Origin: an uncultured Verrucomicrobiaceae bacterium
GTDB lineage: Bacteria > Pseudomonadota > Gammaproteobacteria > Pseudomonadales > CAMLJR01
Length of the DNA: 64,000 bases
NCBI GenBank assembly: GCA_964631955.1
Contig: CAZWBA010000014.1
Location: 8,027 to 72,026 of the forward strand
Reading direction: 5' to 3'
Below the pieces are notes generated by a model that saw only the letters and a list, made by a program, of their open reading frames with translations, made no database searches and was not told where the DNA came from. Positions 1 through 11,994 of this stretch are shown in pieces. The translations under genes were made by a program, and so were the position numbers. How positions within the stretch are numbered: the stretch's first letter is position 1; each line of letters starts with the position of its first letter.

Positions 1-63
1 ATCTATTCCCCACCAAAAAGGTCTCGACTTGGTATTCGCGCAAGACCCGTACAAATTTCGATA

Positions 64-684
64 TCAGCCGATGCGAATTTCGATTAGATGCCGCTGTCCT
101 TCCTCATTTGGAATTTTCAGCGCATGGCACGCGTCGACTTTAAAACGTTCCGGCAGTTCGCTCAATTCCTGCTGTGGATACATTCCTTTCATCGCAAGCA
201 TAACGCCCTGCGCCGTCAGCACGTGTTCGCAGCCCTGCGCCATATCGGCGAGCGTTGCAAACGCGCGCGATAACACCACATCGTACGCATGTTCCGGCTG
301 CAGGCTTTCGATCCGGCACTGTACTGCCCTGACGTTTTTCAACCCCAGTTCGGCAATCGCCTGCGCAATGAAACGAATTTTCTTGCCATTGCTATCGATC
401 AGGGTGAATTGCTTTTGCGGCAACGCAATCGCCAGCGGAATACCCGGTAAACCCGCGCCGCTGCCCACATCCGCACAATGATCGCCGTGCACGTATGGCA
501 TCACCGCCAGGCTGTCGAGCAAATGCCGCGACACCATTTCAGCGGGATCGCGCACCGCTGTGAGGTTATACGCGCGATTCCACTTGGTCAGCAATTCCAG
601 ATATTGCAGTAATTGTGCGATTGCCGCATCGGGCAACGTAAGCTGCAGCCCGGCGATACCGTTTTCTAATTGTTTACGTAACAT
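64..684 (-). CDS. rsmG: 16S rRNA m7G527 methyltransferase RsmG (GidB)
   Basis: 206-aa ORF with SAM-binding motif DVGSGAGLPGIPLAI; directly downstream of mnmG on the same strand (conserved gidA-gidB order). Confidence 0.92.
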   Translation of the reverse strand: MLRKQLENGIAGLQLTLPDAAIAQLLQYLELLTKWNRAYNLTAVRDPAEMVSRHLLDSLAVMPYVHGDHCADVGSGAGLPGIPLAIALPQKQFTLIDSNGKKIRFIAQAIAELGLKNVRAVQCRIESLQPEHAYDVVLSRAFATLADMAQGCEHVLTAQGVMLAMKGMYPQQELSELPERFKVDACHALKIPNEEGQRHLIEIRIG

Positions 685-702
685 CGATGATGCTTTAACG
701 GC

Positions 703-2613
703 TCAAGCGCTGATTTGATTAGCGTGAGCACGATCGAGCAGCCCGCGTTTTTTCAGATAAATCAGCAGCAGCGAAACCGCTGCCGGTGTGACACCCGGGA
801 TACGCGAGGCCTGCGCCAGCGTTGCCGGTTTTCCGGTATTTAATTTTTGTTTGACTTCATTCGACAAACCTTCGACGCCGTTGAAATCCAGATCCTGCGG
901 CAAGCGCATATTTTCGTAGTGGCGCAAACGCTCGATCTCTTCGGCCTGACGATCGATATAGCCGGCGTATTTAATTTGGATTTCCACCTGCTCGGCGACC
1001 TGTTCGTCGCGCGTGCCCTCGCCCTTGAGCGCAGCGATATCCGCGTAAACGATGCCGGGGCGTTTCAGTAAATCGCGCAGATTGTATTCGCGCGCGATAG
1101 GCTGTTCGAGTTTCGGATTGATCTGCTCGGCTTCAGCGCTATTGGGTTGAATCCACGTGGTGGCCAAACGCTGAGATTCGCGTTCGATGGCTTCGCGCTT
1201 TTCGCAGAAACGCTGCCAGCGCACATCGTCGATTAAACCAAGTGTTCTGCCCTGCTCGGTCAAACGCAGATCGGCGTTGTCCTCGCGCAGTAACAGGCGA
1301 TATTCGGCGCGCGAAGTGAACATGCGATAAGGCTCGCGTGTGCCGAGCGTTATCAAATCATCGACGAGCACGCCGATATACGCTTCATCGCGACGCGGCG
1401 ACCACGCATCCTTGTCCTGCGCGCGCAGACCGGCATTAATTCCTGCCAGTAATCCCTGTGCAGCGGCTTCTTCGTAACCCGTCGTGCCGTTGATCTGCCC
1501 GGCGAAAAACAGGTTTTTGATGTAACGCGTTTCCAGCGAATGCAGCAAATCCTGCGGATTGAAATAATCGTATTCGATCGCGTAACCGGGGCGCGTGATA
1601 TGCGCGTTTTCAAAACCCTTGATCGAACGCACCAGCGCGAGCTGCACATCGAACGGCAGGCTCGTCGAAATCCCGTTCGGGTACAGCTCGTGGGTATGCA
1701 GACCTTCGGGTTCGATAAAAATCTGGTGCGTGCCCTTATCGGCGAAGCGATGAATCTTGTCCTCGATCGACGGGCAATAACGCGGGCCGATACCTTCGAT
1801 CACACCGGTATACATCGGCGAACGATCGAGACCGCCGCGAATGATCTCGTGCGTCTGTGCATTGGTGTGCGTGACCCAGCAGCAGGTTTGCTGCGGATGT
1901 TCATTCGCCGAACCGATGAAACTCATCACCGGAATCGGCGTGTCGCCCCACTGCTGTTGCAGGCCGTCGAAATTCACCGAGCGCGCATCGATACGCGGCG
2001 GCGTACCGGTTTTCAGACGGTCGACGCGTAACGGCAATTCGCGCAGACGCTGCGCCAGCGCGATCGACGGTGGATCGCCGGCGCGGCCGCCCGAATGATT
2101 GTCGAGACCGATATGAATTTTGCCGCCCAGAAACGTGCCGGTGCAGAGCACCACCGAGGTCGCGAAAAAGCGGATACCGGTTTGGGTGACGACGCCTTCG
2201 ACGCGCTCACCGGTGACGATCAAATCGTCGACGGCCTGCTGAAAAATGGTGAGATTGGGCTGATTTTCGAGAATCGAACGTATCGCGGCTTTGTACAGCA
2301 CGCGGTCAGCCTGCGCGCGCGTGGCGCGGACAGCGGGACCTTTGCTGGCGTTGAGAACACGAAATTGAATGCCGCCGCGGTCGGTCGCGGTGGCCATGGC
2401 ACCGCCGAGCGCATCGACTTCCTTGACGAGATGGCTTTTGCCGATACCGCCGATCGCGGGGTTGCACGACATCTGCCCCAGCGTTTCGACATTGTGCGTG
2501 AGCAACAGGGTTTTACAGCCCATGCGGGCGGCAGCCAGGCAGGCTTCGGTGCCGGCGTGACCGCCGCCGATGACGATGACGTCAAAACGCTCCGGGTAAT
2601 CCACGCAAGGCAC
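703..2613 (-). CDS. mnmG: tRNA uridine 5-carboxymethylaminomethyl modification enzyme MnmG (GidA)
   Basis: 636-aa ORF; N-terminal FAD fold [15 protein letters not shown] and full-length GidA-like sequence. Confidence 0.95.
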   Translation of the reverse strand: MPCVDYPERFDVIVIGGGHAGTEACLAAARMGCKTLLLTHNVETLGQMSCNPAIGGIGKSHLVKEVDALGGAMATATDRGGIQFRVLNASKGPAVRATRAQADRVLYKAAIRSILENQPNLTIFQQAVDDLIVTGERVEGVVTQTGIRFFATSVVLCTGTFLGGKIHIGLDNHSGGRAGDPPSIALAQRLRELPLRVDRLKTGTPPRIDARSVNFDGLQQQWGDTPIPVMSFIGSANEHPQQTCCWVTHTNAQTHEIIRGGLDRSPMYTGVIEGIGPRYCPSIEDKIHRFADKGTHQIFIEPEGLHTHELYPNGISTSLPFDVQLALVRSIKGFENAHITRPGYAIEYDYFNPQDLLHSLETRYIKNLFFAGQINGTTGYEEAAAQGLLAGINAGLRAQDKDAWSPRRDEAYIGVLVDDLITLGTREPYRMFTSRAEYRLLLREDNADLRLTEQGRTLGLIDDVRWQRFCEKREAIERESQRLATTWIQPNSAEAEQINPKLEQPIAREYNLRDLLKRPGIVYADIAALKGEGTRDEQVAEQVEIQIKYAGYIDRQAEEIERLRHYENMRLPQDLDFNGVEGLSNEVKQKLNTGKPATLAQASRIPGVTPAAVSLLLIYLKKRGLLDRAHANQISA

Positions 2614-2696
2614 CTGAGACGAAACTGTTGGAAAGGGGCTGGCGATTATACGGTAGCCAAATCGGGACGCAAGAAGTTGTTGAAAATTTCACCGCC

Positions 2697-3093
2697 CTTA
2701 AAGATAAGGATTTATAAAAGTTATTTATGAATAGGAAGATAGATAAAGAGATATTTAAGTAATAGATGTTATTTAGGGCCGCTCGCGGTGTTGAAAAGTC
2801 AGTTAAATAAAGCGCCATCAATTACTTGAGATAAGTATAAGTACATAGAAAACAGCGGTACAAAAGCGGTATTCGACGGGGATGGATTGGGGACATCGGC
2901 TCGAATGACTTCCGCTGCCGATCGGTACACAGGTTAACGGAGAAGTTACTCAGATCTTTCGCGGCAAAGTGGCGCAGAAATTATTCAGCACATCGAGTGT
3001 GTGGAAACATTGCGGAATGACGTGTGAATAAGCGCGAATCGCTGTGGGTAAAAAACAGAATCCCGAAAAGTAAAGCCATAAGGTTGTGGACAA
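2697..3093. promoter_or_regulatory. candidate oriC-type region: AT-rich tract followed by four same-orientation DnaA-box-like 9-mers
   Basis: AT-rich 2697-2860. TGTGGAAAC 3000-3008, TGTGAATAA 3023-3031 (= TTATTCACA on the other strand), TGTGGGTAA 3043-3051, TGTGGACAA 3085-3093, each 0-1 mismatch from the TTATCCACA family. Lies upstream of mnmG as in E. coli-type origins. Confidence 0.45.
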
Positions 3094-3148
3094 ACTTCGT
3101 ATAAGTCGTGAATTAACGCTAATTTTTTTCCCCGTATCGGGGCTGGCA

Positions 3149-5041
3149 TCATTGTTTCGACCGCAACCAGCCGCTCAGTTTGTCGCGCAGGATCTGCATG
3201 GTGATCGGTTTACTTAAATAGTCGTTCATACCCGCCGCGATACATTGATCGCGATCTTCCACCATGGCGTTCGCGGTCAACGCAATGATGGGAATGCTCG
3301 CAAATACTTGCCGTGGATCTTTGCGAATACGTTGTGTGCATTGAAAGCCATCCATTTCCGGCATCTGGCAATCCATCAGAATCAGATCGAAGTCGTGCTT
3401 CTCGAGCATATCGAGCGCTTCAATGCCGTTTCCGGCGGTTTTGGCTTCCAGCCCCAGCACTTCGAGCATATTCGCCACCACCAGCTGATTGATGGCGTTA
3501 TCTTCGACGATCAGCACGTGCGATGACGGCAGCGGCGTCAGTGCGGGCGGAATCTGCTCCGCGTGCATGGCGCGCCGTGCCGGAGCTTCGAATTTAACCG
3601 TGAAGGTGGAACCTCGTCCCGGGCTGCTGCTGACCTCGATAGTGGCGTTCATCAATTCGCAGAGTTTCTGCACGATCGCCAGGCCGAGACCGGAACCGCC
3701 AAAACGTCTCAATGTGGAACCGTCCGCCTGTTTGAACGGTTGAAAAATCAATGTCTGTTTTTCCTGCGCGATACCGATGCCGGTATCGATAACGGCAATT
3801 TCGATGCGCGCATTCGAGGGGTCGATCCACTGGCAATGCACGATCGTCTGCACCGAACCCGAGAAGGTGAATTTGATGGCATTGCTGATCAGGTTGACGA
3901 TGATCTGTCGCAATCGCGTTGGATCGATCAGCAAACTCATTTCATTCAATGCAGGATCGGCGACATACATGAGCTGCAGATGTTTTTGCCGGGCGGTGAG
4001 CTGGAATGAATTCACGACCTGACCGAATAGCGAATGCACATCGGTATGGATAGGTTCGAGCTGCATGAGTCCGCGTTCGATACGTGAAAAATCCAGCACA
4101 TCGCTTACCACTGTTAACAAGTGCTGGGTGGAATCGATCGCGATGGTGGCATATTGCAGTTGTTGCGGATTCAAATCGGTATTCTTCAGTAATTCGAGCA
4201 TACCCAGCGCACCGTTCATCGGTGTGCGCAATTCATGACTCATCGTCGCGAGAAATTCACTTTTGGCATTGTTGGCCTGCTCGGCGGCGATACGCGCTTC
4301 TTCGAGATGTGCGAGATTTTCGCGCAGTTCGTCGTGCGTTTTTTGCAGTGCCGACGCCATGCGATTGACCGATGTCTGCAGCGTACGAATTTCTCCGCGT
4401 GCGTTTTCAGCGCAGCGGACATGCAGATTACCTGCGGCCAATTCGACGGTGGTCTGAGTCAACGCGCTGATGGGACGGGCAAGGCGTTTTCCCAGATACC
4501 AGACTAGGGTCAGGCCGAATAATAAAATGCTGTTGGCGACGATGACGCTGATAAAAATTGTCCGCTGACGGTTGGCGATGATCGCATTGCGCGACAGCGT
4601 GATTTTGATGCGGCCGATCTGATGTGAACGGCTGATTTTTGTCTTATCGGAATCGATCGGATCGTCGATCGCGATCGGTATCATTTCGATCGGTGCCGTG
4701 AATACATCGACATGTTCCGAAATTTTTTCACTGCGCAGGGAAACCAGCAGATTTTCATCGGCATCCCAGACATCGATCGCGGATACGGTGCCGGACAACG
4801 ATTGCTTGAGCATGTCGCGCAATTGCGTCTGATTGCCTGTCACCACTGAAAACTCGCTGGCCACCGCGAGTTGTTTTGCCAGCAATTCTCCGTGTTCCTT
4901 TTGCAGACGATTCTGATCTTCCAGTCGGGCAATGAGTAAATAGCTGAAGACGACGATGTACAGCACGAACATCGGAATCATGCTCAGCAGAAAAATCTGA
5001 TGCGAAATTTTCAGATTGCGCCAGCGTTGTCTAGCAGCCAT
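3149..5041 (-). CDS. hybrid sensor histidine kinase / response regulator (TM sensor, HAMP, HisKA, HATPase_c, REC)
   Basis: 630-aa ORF; H-box [12 protein letters not shown]-lid motifs DTGIGI and [10 protein letters not shown]-terminal receiver [14 protein letters not shown]...LSKP. Confidence 0.9.
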   Translation of the reverse strand: MAARQRWRNLKISHQIFLLSMIPMFVLYIVVFSYLLIARLEDQNRLQKEHGELLAKQLAVASEFSVVTGNQTQLRDMLKQSLSGTVSAIDVWDADENLLVSLRSEKISEHVDVFTAPIEMIPIAIDDPIDSDKTKISRSHQIGRIKITLSRNAIIANRQRTIFISVIVANSILLFGLTLVWYLGKRLARPISALTQTTVELAAGNLHVRCAENARGEIRTLQTSVNRMASALQKTHDELRENLAHLEEARIAAEQANNAKSEFLATMSHELRTPMNGALGMLELLKNTDLNPQQLQYATIAIDSTQHLLTVVSDVLDFSRIERGLMQLEPIHTDVHSLFGQVVNSFQLTARQKHLQLMYVADPALNEMSLLIDPTRLRQIIVNLISNAIKFTFSGSVQTIVHCQWIDPSNARIEIAVIDTGIGIAQEKQTLIFQPFKQADGSTLRRFGGSGLGLAIVQKLCELMNATIEVSSSPGRGSTFTVKFEAPARRAMHAEQIPPALTPLPSSHVLIVEDNAINQLVVANMLEVLGLEAKTAGNGIEALDMLEKHDFDLILMDCQMPEMDGFQCTQRIRKDPRQVFASIPIIALTANAMVEDRDQCIAAGMNDYLSKPITMQILRDKLSGWLRSKQ

Positions 5042-5969
5042 TACTGCATTCTCCAGAATAAATTTGCGGCCATGCAGACAACGTCTTTTCGTCCGGGATA
5101 GGGATGTTCAATGAAATTGCAACCTGCTTGTTGACGGCGATACGGAAATTTTCCGGAAACTGCGGATCGGGCAAACGATGTTCGCGTATGACTATGGCGA
5201 TCATATCCATCAGCTGTTGCAGATACTGATCGGCGGAGGTATAGCAGGAGGCGAGGCTTCCAGCGTTGACGAATGCTCGCGACGGTCCGATAAGGCTTTT
5301 TCCCTGCCGATAGGTCGTCAGTAAAATGCCGCGAATGGTTTCGCCGTTATAAATCGCAGGATCGTCGATTCCTAGCAGTACATCGCTTTCACGTAGCGAT
5401 AACGACGCGAGCTTTAACCAATCCGAATTTTTATTGATATCGATAGCTGTGATATCGATCTGTAATTGTTTCTGTGCTTCTCTGCTGAGGGGTGCTGCAT
5501 TTATTGAGCTGTGCAGAACGGTGGCGCGTTTGAGGTGGGGCAATAAAAATTTGGCGAGCTGCAACTGTCGCGACAACGGCTGATCGCGATAGATCGCCGT
5601 TATCTGCGGGCCCATTTTATTCCGGGTTAAAAATGCGGATGATCCGACATGAAATGCGATTGCCGCAGCATAGGAAGATTTTCTCTCATTCAGCCACGGC
5701 AGCGAACCATCGCCAATGGTAATGGCAAGCGTGGTGGCGGCATTGGTGTTTCTGTAGCCTTCGGGTTTGTGGATATTTGCGTCAATACCAGGATTGGCAT
5801 TTTGTATGGCGTACTGAATTTTTTTCGCAAGATCGCTGGTGGTTGTACCGGAAGAAGCGATGATATCGATACGTGTAATATTCAGATCCGCAGCAGCGAG
5901 CAGCGGTATCGATAAAAGCAATAATAAACACAGTAATCGCTTCAAAAATGCATTCCATTGTGTACACAA
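5031..5969 (-). CDS. secreted solute-binding-like protein (ABC substrate-binding fold suspected; no permease or ATPase nearby)
   Basis: 312-aa ORF with signal peptide [16 protein letters not shown]; stop overlaps the kinase start by 11 nt (coupled). Family call is a weak recollection of the TBDR / binding-protein / sensor gene triad. Confidence 0.45.
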   Translation of the reverse strand: MCTQWNAFLKRLLCLLLLLSIPLLAAADLNITRIDIIASSGTTTSDLAKKIQYAIQNANPGIDANIHKPEGYRNTNAATTLAITIGDGSLPWLNERKSSYAAAIAFHVGSSAFLTRNKMGPQITAIYRDQPLSRQLQLAKFLLPHLKRATVLHSSINAAPLSREAQKQLQIDITAIDINKNSDWLKLASLSLRESDVLLGIDDPAIYNGETIRGILLTTYRQGKSLIGPSRAFVNAGSLASCYTSADQYLQQLMDMIAIVIREHRLPDPQFPENFRIAVNKQVAISLNIPIPDEKTLSAWPQIYSGECSNGC

Positions 5970-6035
5970 GCTGGTCTGGCGAAATCGTGCGGCGCAATCA
6001 GTATCATGAATTCATTTTTCAGAAGGCGACATCTT

Positions 6036-8033
6036 TCAGAAGGAGATATCCGCTGAAAAATAAATGCGATTGAGGCCATCGTAGACATTGTCTTCTGTAA
6101 AGTCATGGTTTTGATAATAGTGTTGCACCACGGCGCTCAGGGTTAACCGGCTTTTATCGATTTTCCAGGATTTTGCGATACGGTTGTCCCAGCGCCTGAA
6201 TAGCTGATCGTTGATCCTGTTCTGATAATAATAAAAGCTGGATAACTGCCATTCCGGCGTCAGCTGGTAAATGGCGCCGATGCTGCCGGAGGTGTGTGGC
6301 GTAATATTTTCTTCCCTGAAGGTATTGGTGGAAGAATCAATGACCGCGCCGCTGACATGCAGAGAAAAAATATCGCTGACGTGCAGATTGACCTCGGTTT
6401 CGCCGCCGCGTTGTTCGGCATCGCCGCTGTTGACCGGATGATAGGTCGGGTAGCTGATATTGTCGGAGATGAGATCATCCATATCGTCGCTGAATAATTT
6501 GATATCCCATTCCAGACGACGATTCCACCACAGGCTGTAATAACCCAGTTCGCGCGAGCGGATCCGTTCGGGCTTTATCGATGCCGGCGAATAAACCGTG
6601 TCTGTTACCACACGGTTGGGAACGACGGGTTGATGGGGAACGGTAAACGCATTCTCCGCGATATAGTGCCATTGCAGATGACGCTCGAATAAATCGGGCG
6701 TACGCACGGCTTCCGAATAAACGATGCGAACCGAATGATTTTCATTGGGCAGAAAAAGCAGCGCCACGCGGGGTGAAAATTCCTCCTCGCCATGTTCGAA
6801 ATATTCCTGCGAGCCACCGATGGTTGCCCGCCATTTTTCGAAGAAGCGGTATTCGAGGTTGGCGAACAGTTGGTACGTATCGCGTTGTTCGGCACCGCTG
6901 TAATAGGTTTCCGATTCGACATTCTGATATTGCACGTGAGCGCCCGTGACCAGTTTCCACGGACCTTTGCTGAGCCAGGTATCCTGAATATCGATATCGA
7001 CGCGCTCGCTGCGGGAGTTTTCATTGACGTCGCCGCATAAAATCGTTCGTTTGTTTTGAACGAGGCGTATGTAGTAGCTGCTGACAGCCAGTGGTGCGCA
7101 GGTGATCCATTCCTTTTTTACCGAACTCTGCATCGCGTCGAGCTGCCATTTCAATGAATTGGTGGCTGACAGGAAATGCTGGGAACGCGCACTCACGAAA
7201 TAATTATCGACGTCGAGGTCATGCGGCGAGCGGTCGGATACGTTCTGGTCGTCCTGCTTGAAGCCGGTCTTGTAGCCGGCCTGTAAATCGAGTTGCCAGT
7301 CTTCGGCCGGCGTCAGCACCCAGCGCCCATTGATGAATTTTGTATGTTTGCCATCGCGCCGTGGCTGTCCAAATTCTTTTTCATCGAACCCGGAATCGCG
7401 CTTTGATGCAAGTGTCAGGCGATAGCTGGATGCGCCGAGACTGTCGGAAACCGATGCGTAAAAATCATTGGTACTGTTATTTCCCTGTGTTGTTTTCAGG
7501 CGCAACGACGGATTGTCATCGGGATGTCTGGTGATGATGTTGATGATGCCGAGAAATGAATTCGCGCCATAGGAGGCAGTGTTAGGGCCACGGGTCACTT
7601 CGATGCGTTCGATATCTTCCATCGCCAGCGGAATATCGCTCCAGTCGATATTGGCAAGGCCGGCCTGGTAGATCGAGCGACCGTCGATCATGACCTGCAT
7701 GCGATGGCTGTTGTAACGATTCATACCGTGATAACTCACGATGTAATCCCAACCGGAACGCGCACCCACCGCCATGCCGGGGATCAATCGAAAAATTTCC
7801 GGCAATTCGCGAATGCCCGAAGCGGCAATGGTAGCGGCATCGATCACGGAAACGCTGGCCGGCACTTCGGTGCGCGGTTGTTTCAATCGTACCGGGGTCA
7901 AAACTTCAGGAAGCGGGATCGATTCGAGCGAATCGATATCGGCCGCATTGGCGGGGAAAACAAAGTGGAGAAAAATACTGGAAACGATGAAAGAAGATTG
8001 CAGAAAGTATCGCGATAATTTTTGTTTTTGCAT
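6036..8033 (-). CDS. TonB-dependent outer-membrane receptor
   Basis: Plug-domain motif IERIEVTRGPNTASYGANSFLGIINIIT and terminal aromatic ...SADISF. Start set at the internal Met (MQKQKLSRYF...FPANA signal peptide); the ORF track extends to 8114. Confidence 0.85.
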   Translation of the reverse strand: MQKQKLSRYFLQSSFIVSSIFLHFVFPANAADIDSLESIPLPEVLTPVRLKQPRTEVPASVSVIDAATIAASGIRELPEIFRLIPGMAVGARSGWDYIVSYHGMNRYNSHRMQVMIDGRSIYQAGLANIDWSDIPLAMEDIERIEVTRGPNTASYGANSFLGIINIITRHPDDNPSLRLKTTQGNNSTNDFYASVSDSLGASSYRLTLASKRDSGFDEKEFGQPRRDGKHTKFINGRWVLTPAEDWQLDLQAGYKTGFKQDDQNVSDRSPHDLDVDNYFVSARSQHFLSATNSLKWQLDAMQSSVKKEWITCAPLAVSSYYIRLVQNKRTILCGDVNENSRSERVDIDIQDTWLSKGPWKLVTGAHVQYQNVESETYYSGAEQRDTYQLFANLEYRFFEKWRATIGGSQEYFEHGEEEFSPRVALLFLPNENHSVRIVYSEAVRTPDLFERHLQWHYIAENAFTVPHQPVVPNRVVTDTVYSPASIKPERIRSRELGYYSLWWNRRLEWDIKLFSDDMDDLISDNISYPTYHPVNSGDAEQRGGETEVNLHVSDIFSLHVSGAVIDSSTNTFREENITPHTSGSIGAIYQLTPEWQLSSFYYYQNRINDQLFRRWDNRIAKSWKIDKSRLTLSAVVQHYYQNHDFTEDNVYDGLNRIYFSADISF

Positions 8034-8147
8034 TATGGATAGGACCGAAACAATATCCGCTTGAAACCATCTCCCTGAGGCCGTCGATTGTACAGATAAT
8101 GGAAGACGGGGCAATCGGCTGACAGACAGGCAAGCTGAAGCGCTGCG

Positions 8148-9548
8148 TTATTTGCCAATGCAAAAGCTAGAAAAAATCCGGCCCAATAACATATCGGGGC
8201 TGACGGCGCCGGTAATTTCGCCAAGCGCCTGCTGACACAGGCGCAAATCTTCCGCGAGTAATTCGCCGGCGTTATGCAGCGTTAGCTGCTGCCGGCCGTG
8301 CATTAATAGTTCGCGAGCGCGCAGCAATGCATCGAGATGGCGTCGGCGTGCGAGAAAAAGGCCTTCGCCGGTCCCGTGAAAGCCGATGCAGTCCTTGAGA
8401 TGCGTGCGCAACAGATCGATGCCTTCGCCCGTTTTTGCGCTCAGCGCAATCTGGTTGGGCGATCCTGACAGAAGGCCGGGCGTATTGCCGCTGAGGTCGC
8501 ATTTATTGCGGATGACAGTGATGGGACGATCGGCGAAGGCGACGCGGGTTTCTTCCGGCCAGCCCGTGGCAATGAATAATTCAGGCAAATCGTGACTGCT
8601 ATCGCCGTCATCGACTACCAGCAGAATATGATCGGCCTGTTCGATTTCGCGCAGCGCGCGGCGAATGCCTTCGCGTTCGACTTCATCGGGACTATCGCGC
8701 AGACCCGCGGTGTCGATGATATGCAGCGGCAAACCGTCGATTTGAATCTGTTCGCGCAAAACATCGCGCGTGGTTCCCGCAATCGACGTAACGATCGCGC
8801 GATCGGCACCGGCAAGCGCGTTGAGCAGACTCGACTTGCCCGCGTTGGGCGCGCCGGCGATAACGATGGTCATGCCCTCGCGCAGTAAACTGCCCTGCGT
8901 CGCGTTGTCGATAACGGCATCGAGCGCATCTAACAGATCGTCTATATCGCGGGCGATTTTGCCGTCGCCGAGAAAATCAATTTCCTCTTCAGGAAAATCG
9001 ATCGCCGCTTCGACGTACATGCGCAGCTGGGTGAGCGCTTCGATAAGCGTTTCGATACGGCGGCTGAAATCGCCCTGCAATGATCGCAACGCAGAGCGCG
9101 CAGCCTGCTCGGAGGTGCTATCGATTAAATCGGCGATGGCTTCGGCTTGCGCGAGATCGAGTTTGTCGTTGAGAAAGGCGCGCTCGGAAAATTCACCGGG
9201 TCTGGCGAGACGTGCGCCGAGGCGAATCACTTCGCGCAACAGGCAATCGAGAATGATCGGCCCGCCGTGCCCCTGAAGTTCGAGCACGTCTTCGCCCGTA
9301 AACGAATTCGGGCCGGGAAAAAAAATCGCGATGCCCTGATCGAGCGTTTGCGGATCTTTTTTTAAAGACTGAGAGGCGTCGGCGTTTTCATAAAAGGCGC
9401 CGTAGTGAGCGAAGCGCGGCGGCAGGGCTTTGCTGACAACACGCATCATGATGTCGCGCGTTTTTGGCCCCGAGATACGCACGATACCGACGCCACCGCG
9501 GCCCGCCGGGGTGGCGATGGCGGCGATGGTGTCGGCGACGGGTTGCAT
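8148..9548 (-). CDS. mnmE: tRNA modification GTPase MnmE (TrmE)
   Basis: 466-aa ORF; G-domain [20 protein letters not shown]; C-terminal CIGK. Confidence 0.95.
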   Translation of the reverse strand: MQPVADTIAAIATPAGRGGVGIVRISGPKTRDIMMRVVSKALPPRFAHYGAFYENADASQSLKKDPQTLDQGIAIFFPGPNSFTGEDVLELQGHGGPIILDCLLREVIRLGARLARPGEFSERAFLNDKLDLAQAEAIADLIDSTSEQAARSALRSLQGDFSRRIETLIEALTQLRMYVEAAIDFPEEEIDFLGDGKIARDIDDLLDALDAVIDNATQGSLLREGMTIVIAGAPNAGKSSLLNALAGADRAIVTSIAGTTRDVLREQIQIDGLPLHIIDTAGLRDSPDEVEREGIRRALREIEQADHILLVVDDGDSSHDLPELFIATGWPEETRVAFADRPITVIRNKCDLSGNTPGLLSGSPNQIALSAKTGEGIDLLRTHLKDCIGFHGTGEGLFLARRRHLDALLRARELLMHGRQQLTLHNAGELLAEDLRLCQQALGEITGAVSPDMLLGRIFSSFCIGK

Positions 9549-9569
9549 GATGGCTGCGGCTGACGGCGA

Positions 9570-11231
9570 TTAATTTTTCACGATGCGTTTAGTGATGATG
9601 TATTGCTGCGCCATCGACAGAATATTGTTGACGATGTAATACAGCACCAGACCTGCCGGGAACCACAAAAAGAAGAACGTGAACATGATCGGCATGTACT
9701 GCATCATTTTTGCCTGCATGGGATCGGGCGGCGGCGGATTCAGCTTCTGCTGGAAAAACATGGTGGCCCCCATGATGATGGGCAGCACGTAGTAAGGATC
9801 CATCGCGGATAAATCCTTGATCCAGAGAATCCACGGCGCGTGACGCAACTCGACGCTTTCGAGCAGCATCCAGTACAACGCGAGAAATACCGGCATCTGC
9901 AGCAACATCGGAAAGCAGCCGCCGAGCGGATTGATCTTCTCGGTTTTGTAGAGATTCATCATCTCCAGCGATTGCTTTTGTTTGTCGTCGGCGTAGCGCT
10001 CGCGAATCTCGACGAGCTTGGGCTGCACGCGGCGCATATTCGCCATCGACACATAGGCTTTGGCATTGAGCCAGAACAGCGCGATTTTGACGCCGAGCGT
10101 CAACACCATGATCGACCAGCCCCAGTTGCCGAGCCAGCCGTGTATTTTGGTGAGAAAGAAAAATAGCGGTTGCGCGATCCACCAGAGAAAACCGTAATCG
10201 ACGGTGAGATCCAGACCCGGAGAAATCTCGCGCAGGCGATACTGGTCTTTCGGGCCGGCATAAAATTGTGCACCGAAATCTGCGGAAGCATTCGGCGCGA
10301 CAGTTTGCGACGAACCGGTAAACCAGCCGAGATGCATATTGTCGCGCGATGTTGTTTCGAAGTTATTTTGCTGATTTTTTGCCGGAATCCACGCGCTCAT
10401 AAAATAATGTTGCACGAACGCGAGCCAGCCGCCCTCCTGCTGGACTTTGAGAGGCTTTTCCGCCATCTCATCGAATGGCAGCTTGTGGTAACCATCGATT
10501 TTGGTTGAGGCCGGATCAACTTTGTTGGTGGCCGCGCCGAGAAATGAAGCAATGCCAAATGCGCCGGCGATTACGCTCGGATCTTTACTGTCATCACGTT
10601 TGAGGCGTCCGTACATGGTTCCCTGCCACGGCGCCTCCCCGTTGTTTGCTACGTGATAATTCACATCGACGAGATAATCGCCGCGGCGGAATTTAAATAT
10701 TTTCTGCACGACGACATGCTGTTCGGTTTCGAAGCTAAGCGTAACTGTCAGAGTGTCGGCATCGTTCGCAAGCGAATAATCGCTGCTTTCGCTTCGATAC
10801 AGCGGCCGCCCGCTGTTGCTGTCGACGCCGATCAAACCGCTTTGTGCGATATAGGTGCGCTTGTCATCCTGTTGCAGCAATACGAATGGCTGGTCGGGAG
10901 TTTCGAGTTTTGCCTTGTATTTCGCCAATGCCGCATAAACGATATCGCCGCCTTTGCGATCGATCTGGATATCGAGCACATCGGTGCGCACGCGAATCAA
11001 ACGATTCTGCTCAGCGGCGGGTGCGGCGGGCGTCACGGCATTGCTGTCGGGTACCGCGGCAGCCGCGCCGACATTCGCCGGAACATCGTTGTCGAGCGTG
11101 GGAGTAGCCGTCGCCGGTGTGGTAGCAACTGCCGCATCCGCCTGCTTTTGCTGAAACTGCGTCCACTCCACCACGAGCATGTAGGAGAGAACGGCGATGG
11201 CACCGATCAGCAGATAACGTTGAAAATCCAT
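9570..11231 (-). CDS. yidC: membrane protein insertase YidC
   Basis: 553-aa ORF with N-terminal TM, large periplasmic domain and conserved C-terminal 5-TM core (...GCFPMLLQMPVFLALYW...); conserved position between yidD/rnpA and mnmE. Confidence 0.95.
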   Translation of the reverse strand: MDFQRYLLIGAIAVLSYMLVVEWTQFQQKQADAAVATTPATATPTLDNDVPANVGAAAAVPDSNAVTPAAPAAEQNRLIRVRTDVLDIQIDRKGGDIVYAALAKYKAKLETPDQPFVLLQQDDKRTYIAQSGLIGVDSNSGRPLYRSESSDYSLANDADTLTVTLSFETEQHVVVQKIFKFRRGDYLVDVNYHVANNGEAPWQGTMYGRLKRDDSKDPSVIAGAFGIASFLGAATNKVDPASTKIDGYHKLPFDEMAEKPLKVQQEGGWLAFVQHYFMSAWIPAKNQQNNFETTSRDNMHLGWFTGSSQTVAPNASADFGAQFYAGPKDQYRLREISPGLDLTVDYGFLWWIAQPLFFFLTKIHGWLGNWGWSIMVLTLGVKIALFWLNAKAYVSMANMRRVQPKLVEIRERYADDKQKQSLEMMNLYKTEKINPLGGCFPMLLQMPVFLALYWMLLESVELRHAPWILWIKDLSAMDPYYVLPIIMGATMFFQQKLNPPPPDPMQAKMMQYMPIMFTFFFLWFPAGLVLYYIVNNILSMAQQYIITKRIVKN

Positions 11232-11262
11232 AACCGCTATGCCTTATAAATGAAAGAAGACT

Positions 11263-11565
11263 TCATCGATGCAACGAAGTCTTGTGCAAATGGGTTGAAG
11301 TGTTGGGTTGCGACAGGCGCATGGAATGCGGGTGCGAGGAGTCATCGCAGCTGCACGGGACCGGGTCGTATCCGCCGGGATGCCAGGGGTGGCAGCGACC
11401 CAGGCGCCAGACGATCAGCCACAGCGCGCGTGGCAGAGAGTGTGAATGCAATGCGTCGATCGCGTATTGCGAACAGCTCGGGTAAAAGCGGCAACGCTGG
11501 CCGAACAGCGGACTGATGCACCAGCGGTAGCAATAGATCAGAGCGACAAGCATTCGGCGCAGCAT
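11263..11565 (-). CDS. yidD: membrane protein insertion efficiency factor YidD
   Basis: CISPLFGQRCRFYPSCSQYAIDAL...GRCHPWHPGGYDPVP signature; follows rnpA. At 100 aa it is somewhat long, so the C-terminal end is less certain. Confidence 0.85.
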   Translation of the reverse strand: MLRRMLVALIYCYRWCISPLFGQRCRFYPSCSQYAIDALHSHSLPRALWLIVWRLGRCHPWHPGGYDPVPCSCDDSSHPHSMRLSQPNTSTHLHKTSLHR

Positions 11566-11569
11566 GGTA

Positions 11570-11971
11570 TTAATTCGCCGATACCGGGTGGGGCGGTGGT
11601 TGCTGTTTGCACGCCTTGCGCTGCAACTGCTGCCAGAGCTGGCGCATCAGCGTATGCAATGCGGGATTATCGAGCCTGTCGAGTCCGCTGCGGGCGAGCA
11701 CGATGGCATCGATACCGCGAACACCGGCCAATGTATGCTGTTGCGCGCGAAAACTTTCGCGAACGATGCGTTTGATACGATTGCGCTGATGGGCGAGCCG
11801 GACGTGTTTCTTGGCGATGACAAGACCGAGCCGGGGCCGCTCGAACAGATTGGCCCGGGCAAGAATCAGCAGTTCCTTACTGGAGACGCGCAGATCTGCG
11901 GCGTCGAATACCTGCTTGAAGTCGGCGGGCGTCAGCAGACGCAAAGCTTTGGGAAAACCAAGTTCGCCCAC
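11570..11971 (-). CDS. rnpA: ribonuclease P protein component
   Basis: 133-aa basic ORF (FPKALRLLTPADFKQVF...RNRIKRIVRESFR) immediately downstream of rpmH. Confidence 0.88.
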   Translation of the reverse strand: MGELGFPKALRLLTPADFKQVFDAADLRVSSKELLILARANLFERPRLGLVIAKKHVRLAHQRNRIKRIVRESFRAQQHTLAGVRGIDAIVLARSGLDRLDNPALHTLMRQLWQQLQRKACKQQPPPHPVSAN

Positions 11972-11994
11972 GGCGCCGCCACTGCTGGAGCAGA

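Noticed and set aside
1-63. Start of a parA/soj gene downstream of rsmG on the minus strand
   Set aside because: Only about 60 nt are available and no convincing start or Walker motif can be read. There is not enough sequence to call.
9589-10182. 197-aa ORF nested out of frame inside yidC on the same strand, and similar long nested or antisense ORFs (e.g. 58410-59405, 62270-63226, 55920-56786, 57063-57881, 54144-54833)
   Set aside because: They lie entirely inside well-supported genes in GC-rich DNA. Their products are Arg/Ala/Gly-rich and low in complexity. They are typical shadow ORFs.
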